A stretch of DNA of 64,000 nt, taken from a virus. Of the stretch, positions 1 through 10,380 are shown in pieces. The notes under the pieces were generated by a model. It saw only the letters and a list, made by a program, of their open reading frames with translations, was not told the origin of the DNA and made no database searches. The position numbers and the translations under genes are program-made. Where the stretch lies: positions 85,411 to 149,410 of IMG/VR virus record IMGVR_UViG_3300045988_119030; one strand, 5' to 3'. Numbering within the stretch: position 1 is the first letter of the stretch; every line of letters starts with the position of its first letter.

Positions 1-73
1 TATTATACAATATTTTTAAATAAAGGTCAAACCGGAGCGACTTTTATCACTCCGGTTATAAATTATATTTTAT

Positions 74-1069
74 TTACTTATTTTCCATTTGAGGAAGAAG
101 ATCGTCTTTAATTTCACCAACAATTAAAGATACAAATTCTGCCTGTTCAGGAGTGGCGTCAGAAATTTTCTTACCTTTACCTAAATATTTATCAATAATT
201 TGAGTAATACGAGGACCAAAGAATCCAGGATTCTTATTCATCATATCTCCAGCAAGATTTTGGAATTCAGCCATAAGTGCTTCATAATCATAAGTAGGAG
301 CTTCAGGAGCAACGACCATCTTTTCATCAGTGACAAATTTACCACCATTGTCAGCGGCTTCCTTATCAATAGCCTCATGGATGGCATTAATAAGACTATC
401 ATAGTTCATAGGAATTTCGCTCTCAATATACTTAAAACGACCACCGCAGTCAATAAGGTCATTACCAGAACGAAGAGTTAAGACAGACATTTGACCTGCT
501 GCTTTTTGATGAGCATACCCATAAACATCAGCCATACCGGTGATAATAGTGCGAGTGGATTGAGAAAGATTTGGTCTTACTGCCACAACCTCAGTGCCAT
601 CAGGACGAGTTACAGTTTGTTCTTTTTCATGTCCGATAAAGAAAACAGCATATCCAAGACGAGTTAAACCTCTAAAGACTTCATTAAATTCATCTTTAAA
701 CTTAGACCAGCCCTTACCATAACCAAGATCTCCAAGAGACTCAATTTGATTTTGATTACAAATATATTTCTCACAATACTTAGCGGCTTCGTCAATAGTA
801 TCTACAATAATAGCATTATACATTGCCTTTACTTCTGGACGCTTCAAATCACGATAGACTTGCTTCATTTCTGCCCAAGAAGTAATGTCCGCGGCCATAA
901 CACCGGGAAGGCAGTTATAACCCTGCTCAAAAGCTAAAAGCAAAGAATTCGGCATTTGAGTCGCCAAAGTAGTCTTACCTGTCTTGGGCTTACCATAAAT
1001 AAAAGTAATATAACCAGAAAGATCTTTACTTACCTTATGAGGTTGAATTTTAGTTAAATCAATAGCCAT
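74..1069 (-). CDS. P-loop NTPase, RecA/Sak4-like (AAA_24-type) recombination ATPase candidate
   Basis: 331-aa ORF; Walker A GKPKTGKT at N-terminus; overall layout recalls phage Sak4-type ATPases (memory only). Confidence 0.45.
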   Translation of the reverse strand: MAIDLTKIQPHKVSKDLSGYITFIYGKPKTGKTTLATQMPNSLLLAFEQGYNCLPGVMAADITSWAEMKQVYRDLKRPEVKAMYNAIIVDTIDEAAKYCEKYICNQNQIESLGDLGYGKGWSKFKDEFNEVFRGLTRLGYAVFFIGHEKEQTVTRPDGTEVVAVRPNLSQSTRTIITGMADVYGYAHQKAAGQMSVLTLRSGNDLIDCGGRFKYIESEIPMNYDSLINAIHEAIDKEAADNGGKFVTDEKMVVAPEAPTYDYEALMAEFQNLAGDMMNKNPGFFGPRITQIIDKYLGKGKKISDATPEQAEFVSLIVGEIKDDLLPQMENK

Positions 1070-1152
1070 TATGTTATTTCTCCTTATTTGTTTTAATTAT
1101 TATCTTTTTAAGTATTTCTTCTAAATTTAGTATATTACAAAAATCATCATAT

Positions 1153-1196
1153 AAATTAACTTTAGCGCGATGACCTCTTATTGGGAGGTCATCGCT
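1153..1196. repeat. GC-rich inverted repeat (11-bp stem) between the first two genes
   Basis: gcgatgacctc ttattgg gaggtcatcgc; stands out in an AT-rich spacer; no clear U-tract. Confidence 0.4.
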
Positions 1197-1216
1197 ATTT
1201 AATGGCTAATTCATGA

Positions 1217-2164
1217 TTAGAATTTAAAACCTTCTGTAGCAGTAGATGCAACAGTAGTAGCAGTAGTGGCATTCTGCTTAGAAGCTTTATATTCATCTTG
1301 GCGCTGCTTCAAAGTAGCAAGATAAGTCTCACGTGCGGCCATAGCTTCAGTAAGCTCTTTCGCAGTGATAGAACTTTCATCATCCCAAACATAAGGCTCC
1401 TTAGCGCCACCGGTAATAACAAAATCCTTACGAGTGCTCTGAACCTCACGGACATTATCGTCACCGAATGCAGACTCTTCACGAATCTCGCGTTTAATTA
1501 CTTCAGATACCTGACGGCCCCAAAGTTTTGTGAATACAGGTTCAGAAGGAGAGGCTCCAAGACCTTCGTAATAAGCCATGGCTCCAGGATTAGTAGCTGT
1601 AAACTCAACAGGAAGTAAAGACTTACGGAAATCAAAAATTGCTCCCTTAACAATTACCTTTTCAGGAATATTGTGCTCTTCATCAGCATCAACATGAGTC
1701 ACATTGGTGATAATCATATCACACTTAAAAGTATTGCGCTGCTTTTCATCGTCAATAAGAGTAGTAGTAGTATGAACAAATCCGCCCTCATTGCGCTTAG
1801 TGCTTACAAGCTCTTCCTTGCCGTTACGATCAGAATAAAATTCATTAAGACCAATCGCAGAATCAACACGAAGCTTAGCAGCTTTATCTTCTCCATCAGC
1901 CATATAATTACCGATTGTACCATCAATAATGTTCTGAAGAATACTATATGTAGCATTAGGAGTGCCCTTAGTAGTAGTTTGAGTTACATAAGTAAAGTGA
2001 ACCTGGACAATATTAGTAAGAGCATTATCAGTAGCAATACTAATAGTACCAGAAATAAAAGGAGTGCCGGGGTTTTTAGAATTTGGTCCGGTTACCTTAT
2101 TTTCCAAAGCATGTTCGTACAAGATACCTTCAATATGAGTAGTATTTTCCATTACTTTCTTCAT
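1217..2164 (-). CDS. hypothetical protein (possible ssDNA-binding/annealing partner of the adjacent ATPase)
   Basis: 315-aa ORF directly upstream of the RecA-like ATPase; no motif recognised. Confidence 0.3.
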   Translation of the reverse strand: MKKVMENTTHIEGILYEHALENKVTGPNSKNPGTPFISGTISIATDNALTNIVQVHFTYVTQTTTKGTPNATYSILQNIIDGTIGNYMADGEDKAAKLRVDSAIGLNEFYSDRNGKEELVSTKRNEGGFVHTTTTLIDDEKQRNTFKCDMIITNVTHVDADEEHNIPEKVIVKGAIFDFRKSLLPVEFTATNPGAMAYYEGLGASPSEPVFTKLWGRQVSEVIKREIREESAFGDDNVREVQSTRKDFVITGGAKEPYVWDDESSITAKELTEAMAARETYLATLKQRQDEYKASKQNATTATTVASTATEGFKF

Positions 2165-2178
2165 AAATAAATTTCTCC

Positions 2179-2556
2179 TTAATTAAATAAATTCAATAAA
2201 TTAATATTTTTTCCTTTTTCTGTTAAAGTATAAATAATTGGATCTTGACTAACTTTTTCTACGAAACCATCAGATACTAATTTGCGCATGGAACCCGCAA
2301 CTCCACGGCTAGACACACCGAGATATTCGGCAATTTCTCTTGATTTAACAAGAGGAATATCTTTATTATTATCTTGCATCCATTTAATAATGGCCTTTCC
2401 GCCCTCAGTAAATAGAGGCTTTTCAGTTTCTTCTTTAGCTTTTAACGCTTCCCAATAGATACTAGCATCTTCACTCATTACTACTGGATAGCGGTTTTCA
2501 TTAGTGGCAACAATTAATTCTTCAACATAATCAATAAATGCTTGTTTCTTACTCAT
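2179..2556 (-). CDS. small HTH DNA-binding protein
   Basis: 125 aa; segment IAEYLGVSSRGVAGSMRKL looks like a winged-helix recognition helix. Confidence 0.35.
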   Translation of the reverse strand: MSKKQAFIDYVEELIVATNENRYPVVMSEDASIYWEALKAKEETEKPLFTEGGKAIIKWMQDNNKDIPLVKSREIAEYLGVSSRGVAGSMRKLVSDGFVEKVSQDPIIYTLTEKGKNINLLNLFN

Positions 2557-2594
2557 TTTAAAAAGTTTATAACCTTTCTTTATCTTATATAAAT

Positions 2595-2623
2595 ATTATA
2601 TAATATTTATTTAGAAAAATCAA
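2595..2623 (-). promoter_or_regulatory. sigma70-like promoter TTGATT-17-TATAAT
   Basis: minus-strand reading; upstream of 2179..2556. Confidence 0.55.
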
Positions 2624-2717
2624 GTTATGATTAATTTACCAATAGTTCTTCCGCATAAGGAAGAGTTTCAATCCATTTACAGAACTCTCTCCATTCGGGA
2701 AGACGATGGTTTTTTCT

Positions 2718-3131
2718 CTAAATATATATGTTTCTTAAACATCTATAATTAGTAGTTAATCTTGCGGTAAGCAAAAATCCAGCAGGATTAGAGTATAGAA
2801 TTTCAAGATATTTTTCTTTTCTAATCTCTTCTAACTGCTCAAGCATTTTAATTTTTTCATTTTTGTTTTCAGTTTCACAATGCTTAATTCTATCAATAAT
2901 ACTTAAAAGTTTATTATAAATATCAACTTTCTCACGCATTATCTCAATGATTCTTGGATCAACATATTCATTATATTGTTCATTTAAATCAAATTTAGTA
3001 ATGCAATGCATTGTGGATTGTGAAGATACAAATTCAAGGAATCTATATCTTTCTGCTTCGACCCAAGCCTTATTGGAAAAAGTTAAATCAAAATTAACTC
3101 TAATACCGGTTAAAAATTGAGCATGGGCCAT
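2718..3131 (-). CDS. hypothetical protein
   Basis: 137-aa ORF. Confidence 0.3.
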   Translation of the reverse strand: MAHAQFLTGIRVNFDLTFSNKAWVEAERYRFLEFVSSQSTMHCITKFDLNEQYNEYVDPRIIEIMREKVDIYNKLLSIIDRIKHCETENKNEKIKMLEQLEEIRKEKYLEILYSNPAGFLLTARLTTNYRCLRNIYI

Positions 3132-3295
3132 ATTACCACTTTTTGTGGCAGATACAAGATTCTAACATCTTGTCATATCTTTATCATTAATTGGATGCTG
3201 CTCGGTATCCGTTCTCATTGGATATCCAGAAGCAACCATACTTTCTGGCAAGTCATAGACTCTTACATTACTGACGATTTTATTATTTTTCATAA

Positions 3296-3571
3296 TCAAT
3301 CCTCATTACTTAAAGTATATCCGCTTAGGTTATGCCCAAGAGAACGAACAAAACAATCAAGTTCATCAATGAATACCATACTGCCTTTTGGATAATTCCC
3401 ATTTATATAATCATAATATGAAATAAAATCAATTCCAATAATTCCATATCCTTCTGACTTAATTCTCATAGCATCAGGATTAGAACAAGCAATAATAGCA
3501 TTTTTCTCTTTGGCTAACAGTATTAATCTACTCGTTTTTCCTGTTCCACGTCTATCAATTATTCTATACAT
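3296..3571 (-). CDS. small P-loop protein
   Basis: 91 aa with GTGKTS Walker A. Confidence 0.3.
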   Translation of the reverse strand: MYRIIDRRGTGKTSRLILLAKEKNAIIACSNPDAMRIKSEGYGIIGIDFISYYDYINGNYPKGSMVFIDELDCFVRSLGHNLSGYTLSNED

Positions 3572-3996
3572 TATTTTATACTATACCCAAATTCCTTAGC
3601 TTTAAAATAGTCTTGCCAGTAATCTTCTCGTACATCTAACTCTTCACGAGAACATTCTTCTATTACTTCAAAACTAAAATTTTCTACTCCAATAGCCAAC
3701 ATAGCAGGATAAAGTTTATTGCGCGTGGCGGGTTCCGCCCCAATTCCGCGTTTAATGTGCTGTTTCCAACGGGCGGAAAGATCGACTGCTTGACCCACAT
3801 AACACATTTGATTTTCTAAATTAGTAATTTTATAAATCCCTGTATGGACTCCAGAGCCAATTACTCGACCAATCAAATCTGTAGTTGGTTTTTCATAATA
3901 GCTTTTCCAAATTACTTTATTTAAAATATCTTTATCACGAAGTCTTGGTTCAATAGAACGAAGAAGACTGATTTCATCAATATCTATTTGAGGCAA
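3571..3996 (-). CDS. GIY-YIG endonuclease
   Basis: GIYKITN...YVGQA...R..H matches GIY-YIG motif order. Confidence 0.7.
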   Translation of the reverse strand: MPQIDIDEISLLRSIEPRLRDKDILNKVIWKSYYEKPTTDLIGRVIGSGVHTGIYKITNLENQMCYVGQAVDLSARWKQHIKRGIGAEPATRNKLYPAMLAIGVENFSFEVIEECSREELDVREDYWQDYFKAKEFGYSIK

Positions 3997-4585
3997 CTAT
4001 AATTTATAGAAATCAGCTTGATTTTTAATTTCTTCGGTGCGTTTCGCAGCATCAACTGCGGCCGCGACTTCTCTACTATGTAATTGAATTTCTTCATCTA
4101 ATTTATTTAATTCTTCTTTTTTAGAATTAATTAAATTAGATAATTCTAAAGAACAATCAACAAGAGTTGATTGATATTCATTTTCATATTCTTCTTTAGC
4201 TTTTGTATATTTAAATTCTTGTTTATTTAAATCATATTCAAGACGAACACGAGCATTTTCCATTGATTGCTGATAGAAAATATCCGCTGATTGCTTTGCC
4301 TGATTCTATAAAGAATTTAAACTATTTTCAACTTCGTCTCTTTTGGACTAAAGAATATTTAAATTATTTTCTACTTCTTCTTTTCTGGAAGTAATACTTT
4401 TTACTGCCGTTGATAATATTGTATACTAATCATCTAAATCTGAATTTTTAGATTCAAGCTCTTTATTTTGTTTTATTATTTCTTCATTAAGCTTTTGAAT
4501 ATTATTTAGTCGTGGACGTAAAATAAAATATATTAAAAATCCACCAATAATAAACGCCAGTATAGCAATTATTAAAGTAAGCATA
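3997..4585 (-). CDS. membrane-anchored coiled-coil protein read through 3 in-frame TAG codons
   Basis: ATG at 4585; N-terminal TM helix (LTLIIAILAFIIGGFLIYFIL); frame continuous into listed ORF 3997..4263; TAGs in DD*YTIL, NIL*SKRDEVEN, NSL*NQAKQ. Confidence 0.5.
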
Positions 4586-4590
4586 AATAT

Positions 4591-4629
4591 TTAAAAAAGA
4601 AGGGGCAGATATTAAATATCTACCCCTTA
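4591..4629 (-). terminator. intrinsic terminator
   Basis: GC hairpin AAGGGGUAGAUAU...AUAUCUGCCCCUU followed by U-tract on the minus-strand RNA. Confidence 0.55.
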
Positions 4630-4643
4630 ATAATCTATATTAA

Positions 4644-4913
4644 TTACTCCGCGTCAGGAGCGTCGGGATCAAAGCTCATGCCAGCGGGAGTGAGAGAGAG
4701 GAACTTGACCTGCTTATGAGTGCCATCCTCAAGCTCAACCTCAGCGGGAGTGCGAAGACCGAGACCTTTGCGCTGAATAGCACTGGTAAAGATACCATCA
4801 ACAGAACGCTTCTCAAGACCGAGAGCCTCAGCAACATCAGCAGCGGTAACTTCCTGACCGTTAACTTCCTTCAAATAATTAAGAACCTTCTTAGAATTTT
4901 CCTTCATAGCCAT
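4644..4913 (-). CDS. hypothetical small acidic protein
   Basis: 89-aa ORF preceded by a sigma70-like promoter. Confidence 0.3.
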   Translation of the reverse strand: MAMKENSKKVLNYLKEVNGQEVTAADVAEALGLEKRSVDGIFTSAIQRKGLGLRTPAEVELEDGTHKQVKFLSLTPAGMSFDPDAPDAE

Positions 4914-4988
4914 AATAATAATAATCTCCTTTAAATAATTAAATATTTTTTTTTATTTTTTTTCTTTTAACCTTTAGGTTATGTAAAT

Positions 4989-5017
4989 ATTATAGTAAAA
5001 AATTTTTTATTTGTCAA
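4989..5017 (-). promoter_or_regulatory. sigma70-like promoter TTGACA-17-TATAAT
   Basis: upstream of 4644..4913. Confidence 0.55.
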
Positions 5018-5207
5018 GAATTTTTCCAAGAATTTCTTGAACCATTTCATCAATGGTTGTAATATCATCAAGACTGTGAACGTGGCTCGAAAGTTCCATA
5101 ATTTGATTCTGGGCTTTACGAACAGCTTGCGGGTCTTCACTTGTCTGAACGACTAATTCTGCATTAGCAATTTTTTTTGCGAGATTCTTGAGTTCTTTTG
5201 TTTTCAT
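5007..5207 (-). CDS. hypothetical protein
   Basis: 66-aa ORF. Confidence 0.25.
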   Translation of the reverse strand: MKTKELKNLAKKIANAELVVQTSEDPQAVRKAQNQIMELSSHVHSLDDITTIDEMVQEILGKILDK

Positions 5208-5319
5208 TTAAAAATTTTCTTCCTTAATTTTTACAAGTTTATTTTACAAAAAATTTTTTTATTTGTCAAAACATTCCGCCAAAGTGCAGTCGGTAATGTT
5301 CTTATCATCGCGAAATCCT

Positions 5320-5886
5320 TTAAATTAAATAAGCTGATGACTGAGGAACCAAATCTTCTAATTGTATTTTATCAATAACTGTATAAGGAATTCTGATAAT
5401 TGGAATATTATTTATCTTACAATAATTATTCCTCATTTTATCTCGTTCTTTCGTTTTTAAAAAATTATCTCTATTGTTCCAGCCTGTTTTATCATATGAA
5501 AAATGCTATCTACCATCAAATTCAATAATATATTTATCATTAACATATAAATCAAATTTAATTGGTTTTTTACTTTCTTCATAATAAAAATCATCAAAAG
5601 ATTTCTCTGAAATATAAGAAATATTATTTTCTTCTAAAATCTTTTTTATTTTTGTAATACCTTGAGAATCATGAGAACACAATCCACAACTTTTAGTATT
5701 TCCACTTTTAAGGCTAGATCCTCTAATATATTTTAAATTGCCACACTCACACTAACACAACCAAGTATAACATCTATGATTATCTAATGGGCCCACATCT
5801 AAAACAGTTAATTTATCAAAAACTTGATTCCTTAAATCTAATCTTAATTTAGTCCCTAATTTTTGAGACTATTTTTTCTTTTCCAT
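5320..5886 (-). CDS. Cys-cluster (Zn-finger) nuclease-like protein, paralog of 25229..25825, with 3 in-frame TAG codons
   Basis: ATG at 5886, TAA at 5320-5322; translation MEKKK*SQ...WLC*CECGN...FDGR*HFSY...NNIPIIRIPY aligns with the 25229..25825 product (WLCQCDCGN, YDGKQHFEY, NIPIIRIPY); two TAGs fall opposite Gln. Confidence 0.5.
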
Positions 5887-5936
5887 AAATAACTACCTTC
5901 TTTCTCCATAAATATTTAAATATTTATGGAGAAAAA

Positions 5937-7145
5937 TTAGTTAAAAATGTCCTTAATAGTACAATCTTTAGAATTTTTATCATCTCTGAAAGATTTAAAA
6001 AAGCCATGCCTTAAAGTATGCTCTTCATTATTGCGTTGCATACACTGTATAGAAACTACTCGGTTAAGGTATTTTTCAGGTTCGTTAGCAAAAGCTTTTT
6101 TAAGTTCATCAGTTAATCCAGAGGATACTGTTCCGATTTCAATAAGATTTCCTTTATCATCATAGGCACCTAACTTCATAGATGTCTTCCATCCATAATA
6201 ATAGCCTTTTGTAATAGGTTGATAATATTTTTCATCATCTTCTAACAAATTACTTCCATTAGCGGGAGGATTTTTTAAATAATTTTTATAAAAATTTCCT
6301 TTTACTAATTGGGGTTTTGACCATCCTGCAAAGCAATGATCTTCTTCAAAACAATCATAAAACATTGGTGTTTTTACTTCCCAATAAGGCCAAGTTGTAA
6401 TTTCTTTACCATCGTAATATTTAGTAGCATCTTCAAATCCAATACAAATACAATCAACATAATCCATCTTTTTAATTTTAATAGAAGACCAAGCTGGTCG
6501 TTTGTCTGGAACATATGGAGCATCTTTCTTTTTCAAAACCGCACCTTCTTCACCCGCGGCAAGGGCGGCTGCGGTAAATTCTTGAATATTATCAAGAACC
6601 GCATCTGCTAGCTCCATATAAGAATATTGACTTAAATTAAATTTATCCCAAATGGCTTTTAATACCTGATAACGTGTCCAAGCACCCTCATTTTGAATAT
6701 TAATTCCATTATATTTAATAACATCATGTAAATAATAATGGATTAATCCACTGGACTGCTGACGTTTAATCGCTTCAGGTGCTAAACATCCCATAATTTT
6801 AGTCACATCTTTAGAAGTTTTACCTGGATAATAAATTTCACCTATTAAAATAGTGCCGGAAGGTAAATCTTTGAGTGCTTCATGAATATGAGGGACATTT
6901 GCTAACTTTTCAGTTAAAATACCAGTATTTGCACTTATATTACGACTAAATAAATAATCATAATGTTCTGTCTTTTCATACTGATACCAATATCCATCTT
7001 TCTTTAATTCAGCAAAATATTCACCGCCATTACAAACAACGGGGAAAAAACTCTCTTTACCATCGGGCAATTTCCAAATTTTCATTGCCTGAATACAATC
7101 TGCTTCTGGAGCATACTTATCAAGCAATTCTTTAGAAAAACTCAT
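5937..7145 (-). CDS. ATP-dependent DNA ligase
   Basis: motif I AELKKDGY (KxDG adenylation lysine); 402 aa. Confidence 0.75.
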   Translation of the reverse strand: MSFSKELLDKYAPEADCIQAMKIWKLPDGKESFFPVVCNGGEYFAELKKDGYWYQYEKTEHYDYLFSRNISANTGILTEKLANVPHIHEALKDLPSGTILIGEIYYPGKTSKDVTKIMGCLAPEAIKRQQSSGLIHYYLHDVIKYNGINIQNEGAWTRYQVLKAIWDKFNLSQYSYMELADAVLDNIQEFTAAALAAGEEGAVLKKKDAPYVPDKRPAWSSIKIKKMDYVDCICIGFEDATKYYDGKEITTWPYWEVKTPMFYDCFEEDHCFAGWSKPQLVKGNFYKNYLKNPPANGSNLLEDDEKYYQPITKGYYYGWKTSMKLGAYDDKGNLIEIGTVSSGLTDELKKAFANEPEKYLNRVVSIQCMQRNNEEHTLRHGFFKSFRDDKNSKDCTIKDIFN

Positions 7146-7174
7146 TGATTTATTTCCGTCCTATCTTTAAATAT

Positions 7175-7203
7175 ATTATAGAAAAATTTTTTAAAAAAAT
7201 CAA
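7175..7203 (-). promoter_or_regulatory. sigma70-like promoter TTGATT-17-TATAAT
   Basis: upstream of the DNA ligase start (7145). Confidence 0.55.
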
Positions 7204-7237
7204 GTAAAGGAGGATTGTATCCTCCTTTATAAGATTT

Positions 7238-9661
7238 TTATACCTTAGTTGCTGACTTAATTTTGCTAGACTTAATAATCTGATTACCAATAGAAATACG
7301 CCCAAGAGCAGGGATGTCTTTCGCGGAAACGCAAATAGATGCTTTATCCCCTGTAATAAGTAGATTATCTTCATCAGCAATTAACGCAGTTGCGGTCAAT
7401 GGACCGGTAGACCCACTCGTTTTATATATATTAAGTCCTTTACCGCCACGTTTTTGTAAAGTCAATTCATTTAAAGATAATTTCTTTCCTAAGCCATTTT
7501 CGCTAAATACTGCTATAGAATCAGTATCATGTCGAATTGGCATAGTAGAAATTACTTCATCACCTTCGTTAAGATTAATACCTTTAACTCCAGCAGTAGC
7601 GCGAGAGGTCGCGGTAATGTCTGTAGAATTAAATTTAATTCCCATGCCATTTTTAGTTGTTAATACGATAGGCTCATCTTTAATTAAACATACAGATGCT
7701 AAACTATCACCTTCGCGCAAACTAATTGCAACGATACCGGTCTTTTTCTTTGTATTAATATACTCTTCCAAAGCAGTCTTCTTTACAAGTCCATTCTTAG
7801 TAGTAAATAATACATATTTGGTATCAGTGTCTCTATAAATTGAATACATTGTCTCAGGATTTTCATCAGGAGCCATATTTACAAGACTCTTAATAGATTG
7901 GCCTTGTGAACTATTTGTTCCTACTGGAATATTGTCAACTAAAAGGCGATACATTACACCTTTATTTGAGAAAATCATTAGAGAATCAATAGTATTAGTT
8001 CTTAAAACACAAGAGGTAATATCTTCTTGAGATTTAATACCTTTACCATTTTTCTTTTGCGTGCGATAAGAAGCTGTCGGAATACGTTTAATTGTTCCGC
8101 CCTCAGTCATTACAACAACACACTTCTCAGGTTCAACATACTCAATTTCTTTGTCTTCTTTCTCTACTGGAGCTTGAATGATTTTAGTAATACGCGCATC
8201 ACCATAAGTATTTTTAATAGTAATGAAAATCTTTTCAAGTTCATCAGTGGGGTCTTTAAGAATTAAAGCTAAACGCTCACTCTCTTTAATTAAATTATCT
8301 CTCTCCTCTTGGATTTCAACTTTTTCTAAGCGAGCTAATCTACTTAACTTAATATCAAGAATTGCTTTAGCTTGATCTTCATCTAACTTATATTGAGTCA
8401 TTAAAGTCTGACGAGCAACAACCGCACTTTCGCTCTTTTTAATGAGAGCAATTACGTTATCAATATCTTCAAGTGCTTTAAGGATACCATTTAAAATATG
8501 AATACGAGCTTGTGCTTTATCATATTCATATTTTGTTTTTCTTAATATTACATCTTTTTGATGACTAATATAAATTTCAATAAGTTGTTTAAGATTTAAA
8601 AGTTTTGGTTTCTTATTAACAAGAGCAACCTGATTAAAACTATATGTTTCTTCAAGACGAGATAACTTATAAAGTTTAGAAATAATAGGCTGAGCATTAA
8701 TACCCTTATCAAGTTCAATTACAAAACGCACTCCATCTTTAGTGCTTTCGTCTCTAATAGCAACAATACCATTTAATTTACCCTCTTCACAAAGTTTATC
8801 AATATCTTCACAAAGAGTATCTTTTGAAACTTTATAAGGAATTGTAGTAAATACAATTAAATCATGTGTTTTTTCATGCTCAATTACATAATCAGCCCTC
8901 ATACGAGCTCGACCTTTACCAGTTAAATAAGCAGTTTTTAATTCATCTTTATTGATAACAGTTCCACCAGTAGGGAAATCAGGGCCTTGGACAAATTGAA
9001 GCAAATCTTCAACTTTACACTCGCTATTGCGCAAAGTATAAATAATTGCATCCATAATTTCAGTTAAATTATGTGGAGCAAAAGAACAAGCCATGGCAAC
9101 TGCAATACCAGTAGTACCATTTACAAGAAGGTGCGGAATTCGGCCCGGCAAATACACTGGCTCGTTTTCAACATCAGTATAAGCCAATTGCCAATCACAA
9201 GTATTCTTTTTAATATCAGCAAGCATTTCTTCGCCGATCTTAGATAGCTTACATTCAGTATAACGATAAGCTGCTGGCTCTCCACCATCACGGCTGCCAT
9301 TATTGCCATGGAATGAAATTAATGGATAACGCATCGTCCAAGGTTGACTTAAAATACATAAAGCTCCATAAATAGAGCTATCGCCATGAGGATGAAAACG
9401 GCCCATTGCATCACCAACAGGCTGAGCGCACTTAACAAACTTTTTATTATTAAAGTATCCTTTATCAAACATATCATAAAGAATACGTCTTGCAACTGGT
9501 TTTAATCCATCTTCCGCGGATGGAATTGCTCTATCAGTTATTACACTTAAAGAGTAATCCAGGAAGGATTGCTCCACTTCATTAACTATTGGAGTTTTTA
9601 GAATCTCTCCCATATTTTTTAAGGACCTCCTCAGCTGTAATTTTTCCAGTAGCAAGACCAT
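7238..9661 (-). CDS. type IIA DNA topoisomerase, GyrA/ParC-like subunit
   Basis: 807 aa; AAYRYTE active-site Tyr region; PHGD motif; typical GyrA N-terminal conserved blocks. Confidence 0.9.
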   Translation of the reverse strand: MVLLLEKLQLRRSLKNMGEILKTPIVNEVEQSFLDYSLSVITDRAIPSAEDGLKPVARRILYDMFDKGYFNNKKFVKCAQPVGDAMGRFHPHGDSSIYGALCILSQPWTMRYPLISFHGNNGSRDGGEPAAYRYTECKLSKIGEEMLADIKKNTCDWQLAYTDVENEPVYLPGRIPHLLVNGTTGIAVAMACSFAPHNLTEIMDAIIYTLRNSECKVEDLLQFVQGPDFPTGGTVINKDELKTAYLTGKGRARMRADYVIEHEKTHDLIVFTTIPYKVSKDTLCEDIDKLCEEGKLNGIVAIRDESTKDGVRFVIELDKGINAQPIISKLYKLSRLEETYSFNQVALVNKKPKLLNLKQLIEIYISHQKDVILRKTKYEYDKAQARIHILNGILKALEDIDNVIALIKKSESAVVARQTLMTQYKLDEDQAKAILDIKLSRLARLEKVEIQEERDNLIKESERLALILKDPTDELEKIFITIKNTYGDARITKIIQAPVEKEDKEIEYVEPEKCVVVMTEGGTIKRIPTASYRTQKKNGKGIKSQEDITSCVLRTNTIDSLMIFSNKGVMYRLLVDNIPVGTNSSQGQSIKSLVNMAPDENPETMYSIYRDTDTKYVLFTTKNGLVKKTALEEYINTKKKTGIVAISLREGDSLASVCLIKDEPIVLTTKNGMGIKFNSTDITATSRATAGVKGINLNEGDEVISTMPIRHDTDSIAVFSENGLGKKLSLNELTLQKRGGKGLNIYKTSGSTGPLTATALIADEDNLLITGDKASICVSAKDIPALGRISIGNQIIKSSKIKSATKV

Positions 9662-10106
9662 CTGCTAACTCATTCCACAAATGGCCATCATGCCCGGAAA
9701 TTTTTCTTAAATCAATTTTGACTTCTTTTTCTGTTTCATAATAATCTTTAATTAAATCAAGATTTTCTGGAACTTTTTTATTGGATTTAATCCAATTATT
9801 ACGCTCCCATCCATACATCCAATTGGTAAAAGTATTTACACAATAGGCTGAATCGCTATATACAGTAGGGATATCATTAGTCCATTCTCCATTATCATGT
9901 TTACCATATTTTTTCAATACATGAAGAATAGCTTTAATTTCTTCTCTGTTATTTGTAGTATCTTCTAAAGCATTTAATTGATAAGCATCAATTACAACAC
10001 CATTCTCAGGATTGCTATCATATTCAACAACAACAAACCCATAACCACCGCTGTTATTTTTTTGTCCGTTTTTGCGACACGAACCGTCAGTATAAATCGC
10101 AATCAT
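9582..10106 (-). CDS. ribonuclease H
   Basis: YTDGSC...E...YSDSAY motif order of RNase HI. Confidence 0.85.
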   Translation of the reverse strand: MIAIYTDGSCRKNGQKNNSGGYGFVVVEYDSNPENGVVIDAYQLNALEDTTNNREEIKAILHVLKKYGKHDNGEWTNDIPTVYSDSAYCVNTFTNWMYGWERNNWIKSNKKVPENLDLIKDYYETEKEVKIDLRKISGHDGHLWNELADGLATGKITAEEVLKKYGRDSKNSNS

Positions 10107-10380
10107 GTGATGGCCTCCCTAAAAATTCATTTTCTCCACAATCAATATGAAAAGAAGTATTAGTAAAAATAGTAATTTTATCAATAAAATAATCGTTAAT
10201 AATATTTACTTTATTATCTGGAAATAACTTTTGTAATTGCTCGTGGAGGTCTCTACAAGTAATTACATCAATATCTTTATTAACATGAGCTAAAATAACG
10301 TCATCTTTACGAATAGGAATTATTTCAATAGGTGTTCCTTTATAATTACTTACATATCCCTTATCAGTTTTATACATCAA
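10087..10380 (-). CDS. hypothetical protein
   Basis: 97-aa ORF between the topo II subunit genes. Confidence 0.3.
   Translation of the reverse strand: MMYKTDKGYVSNYKGTPIEIIPIRKDDVILAHVNKDIDVITCRDLHEQLQKLFPDNKVNIINDYFIDKITIFTNTSFHIDCGENEFLGRPSHDCDLY

Noticed and set aside
3131-3296. Joining 2718..3131 and 3296..3571 through recoding
   Set aside because: Did not verify frame continuity or shared homology; left as separate ORFs
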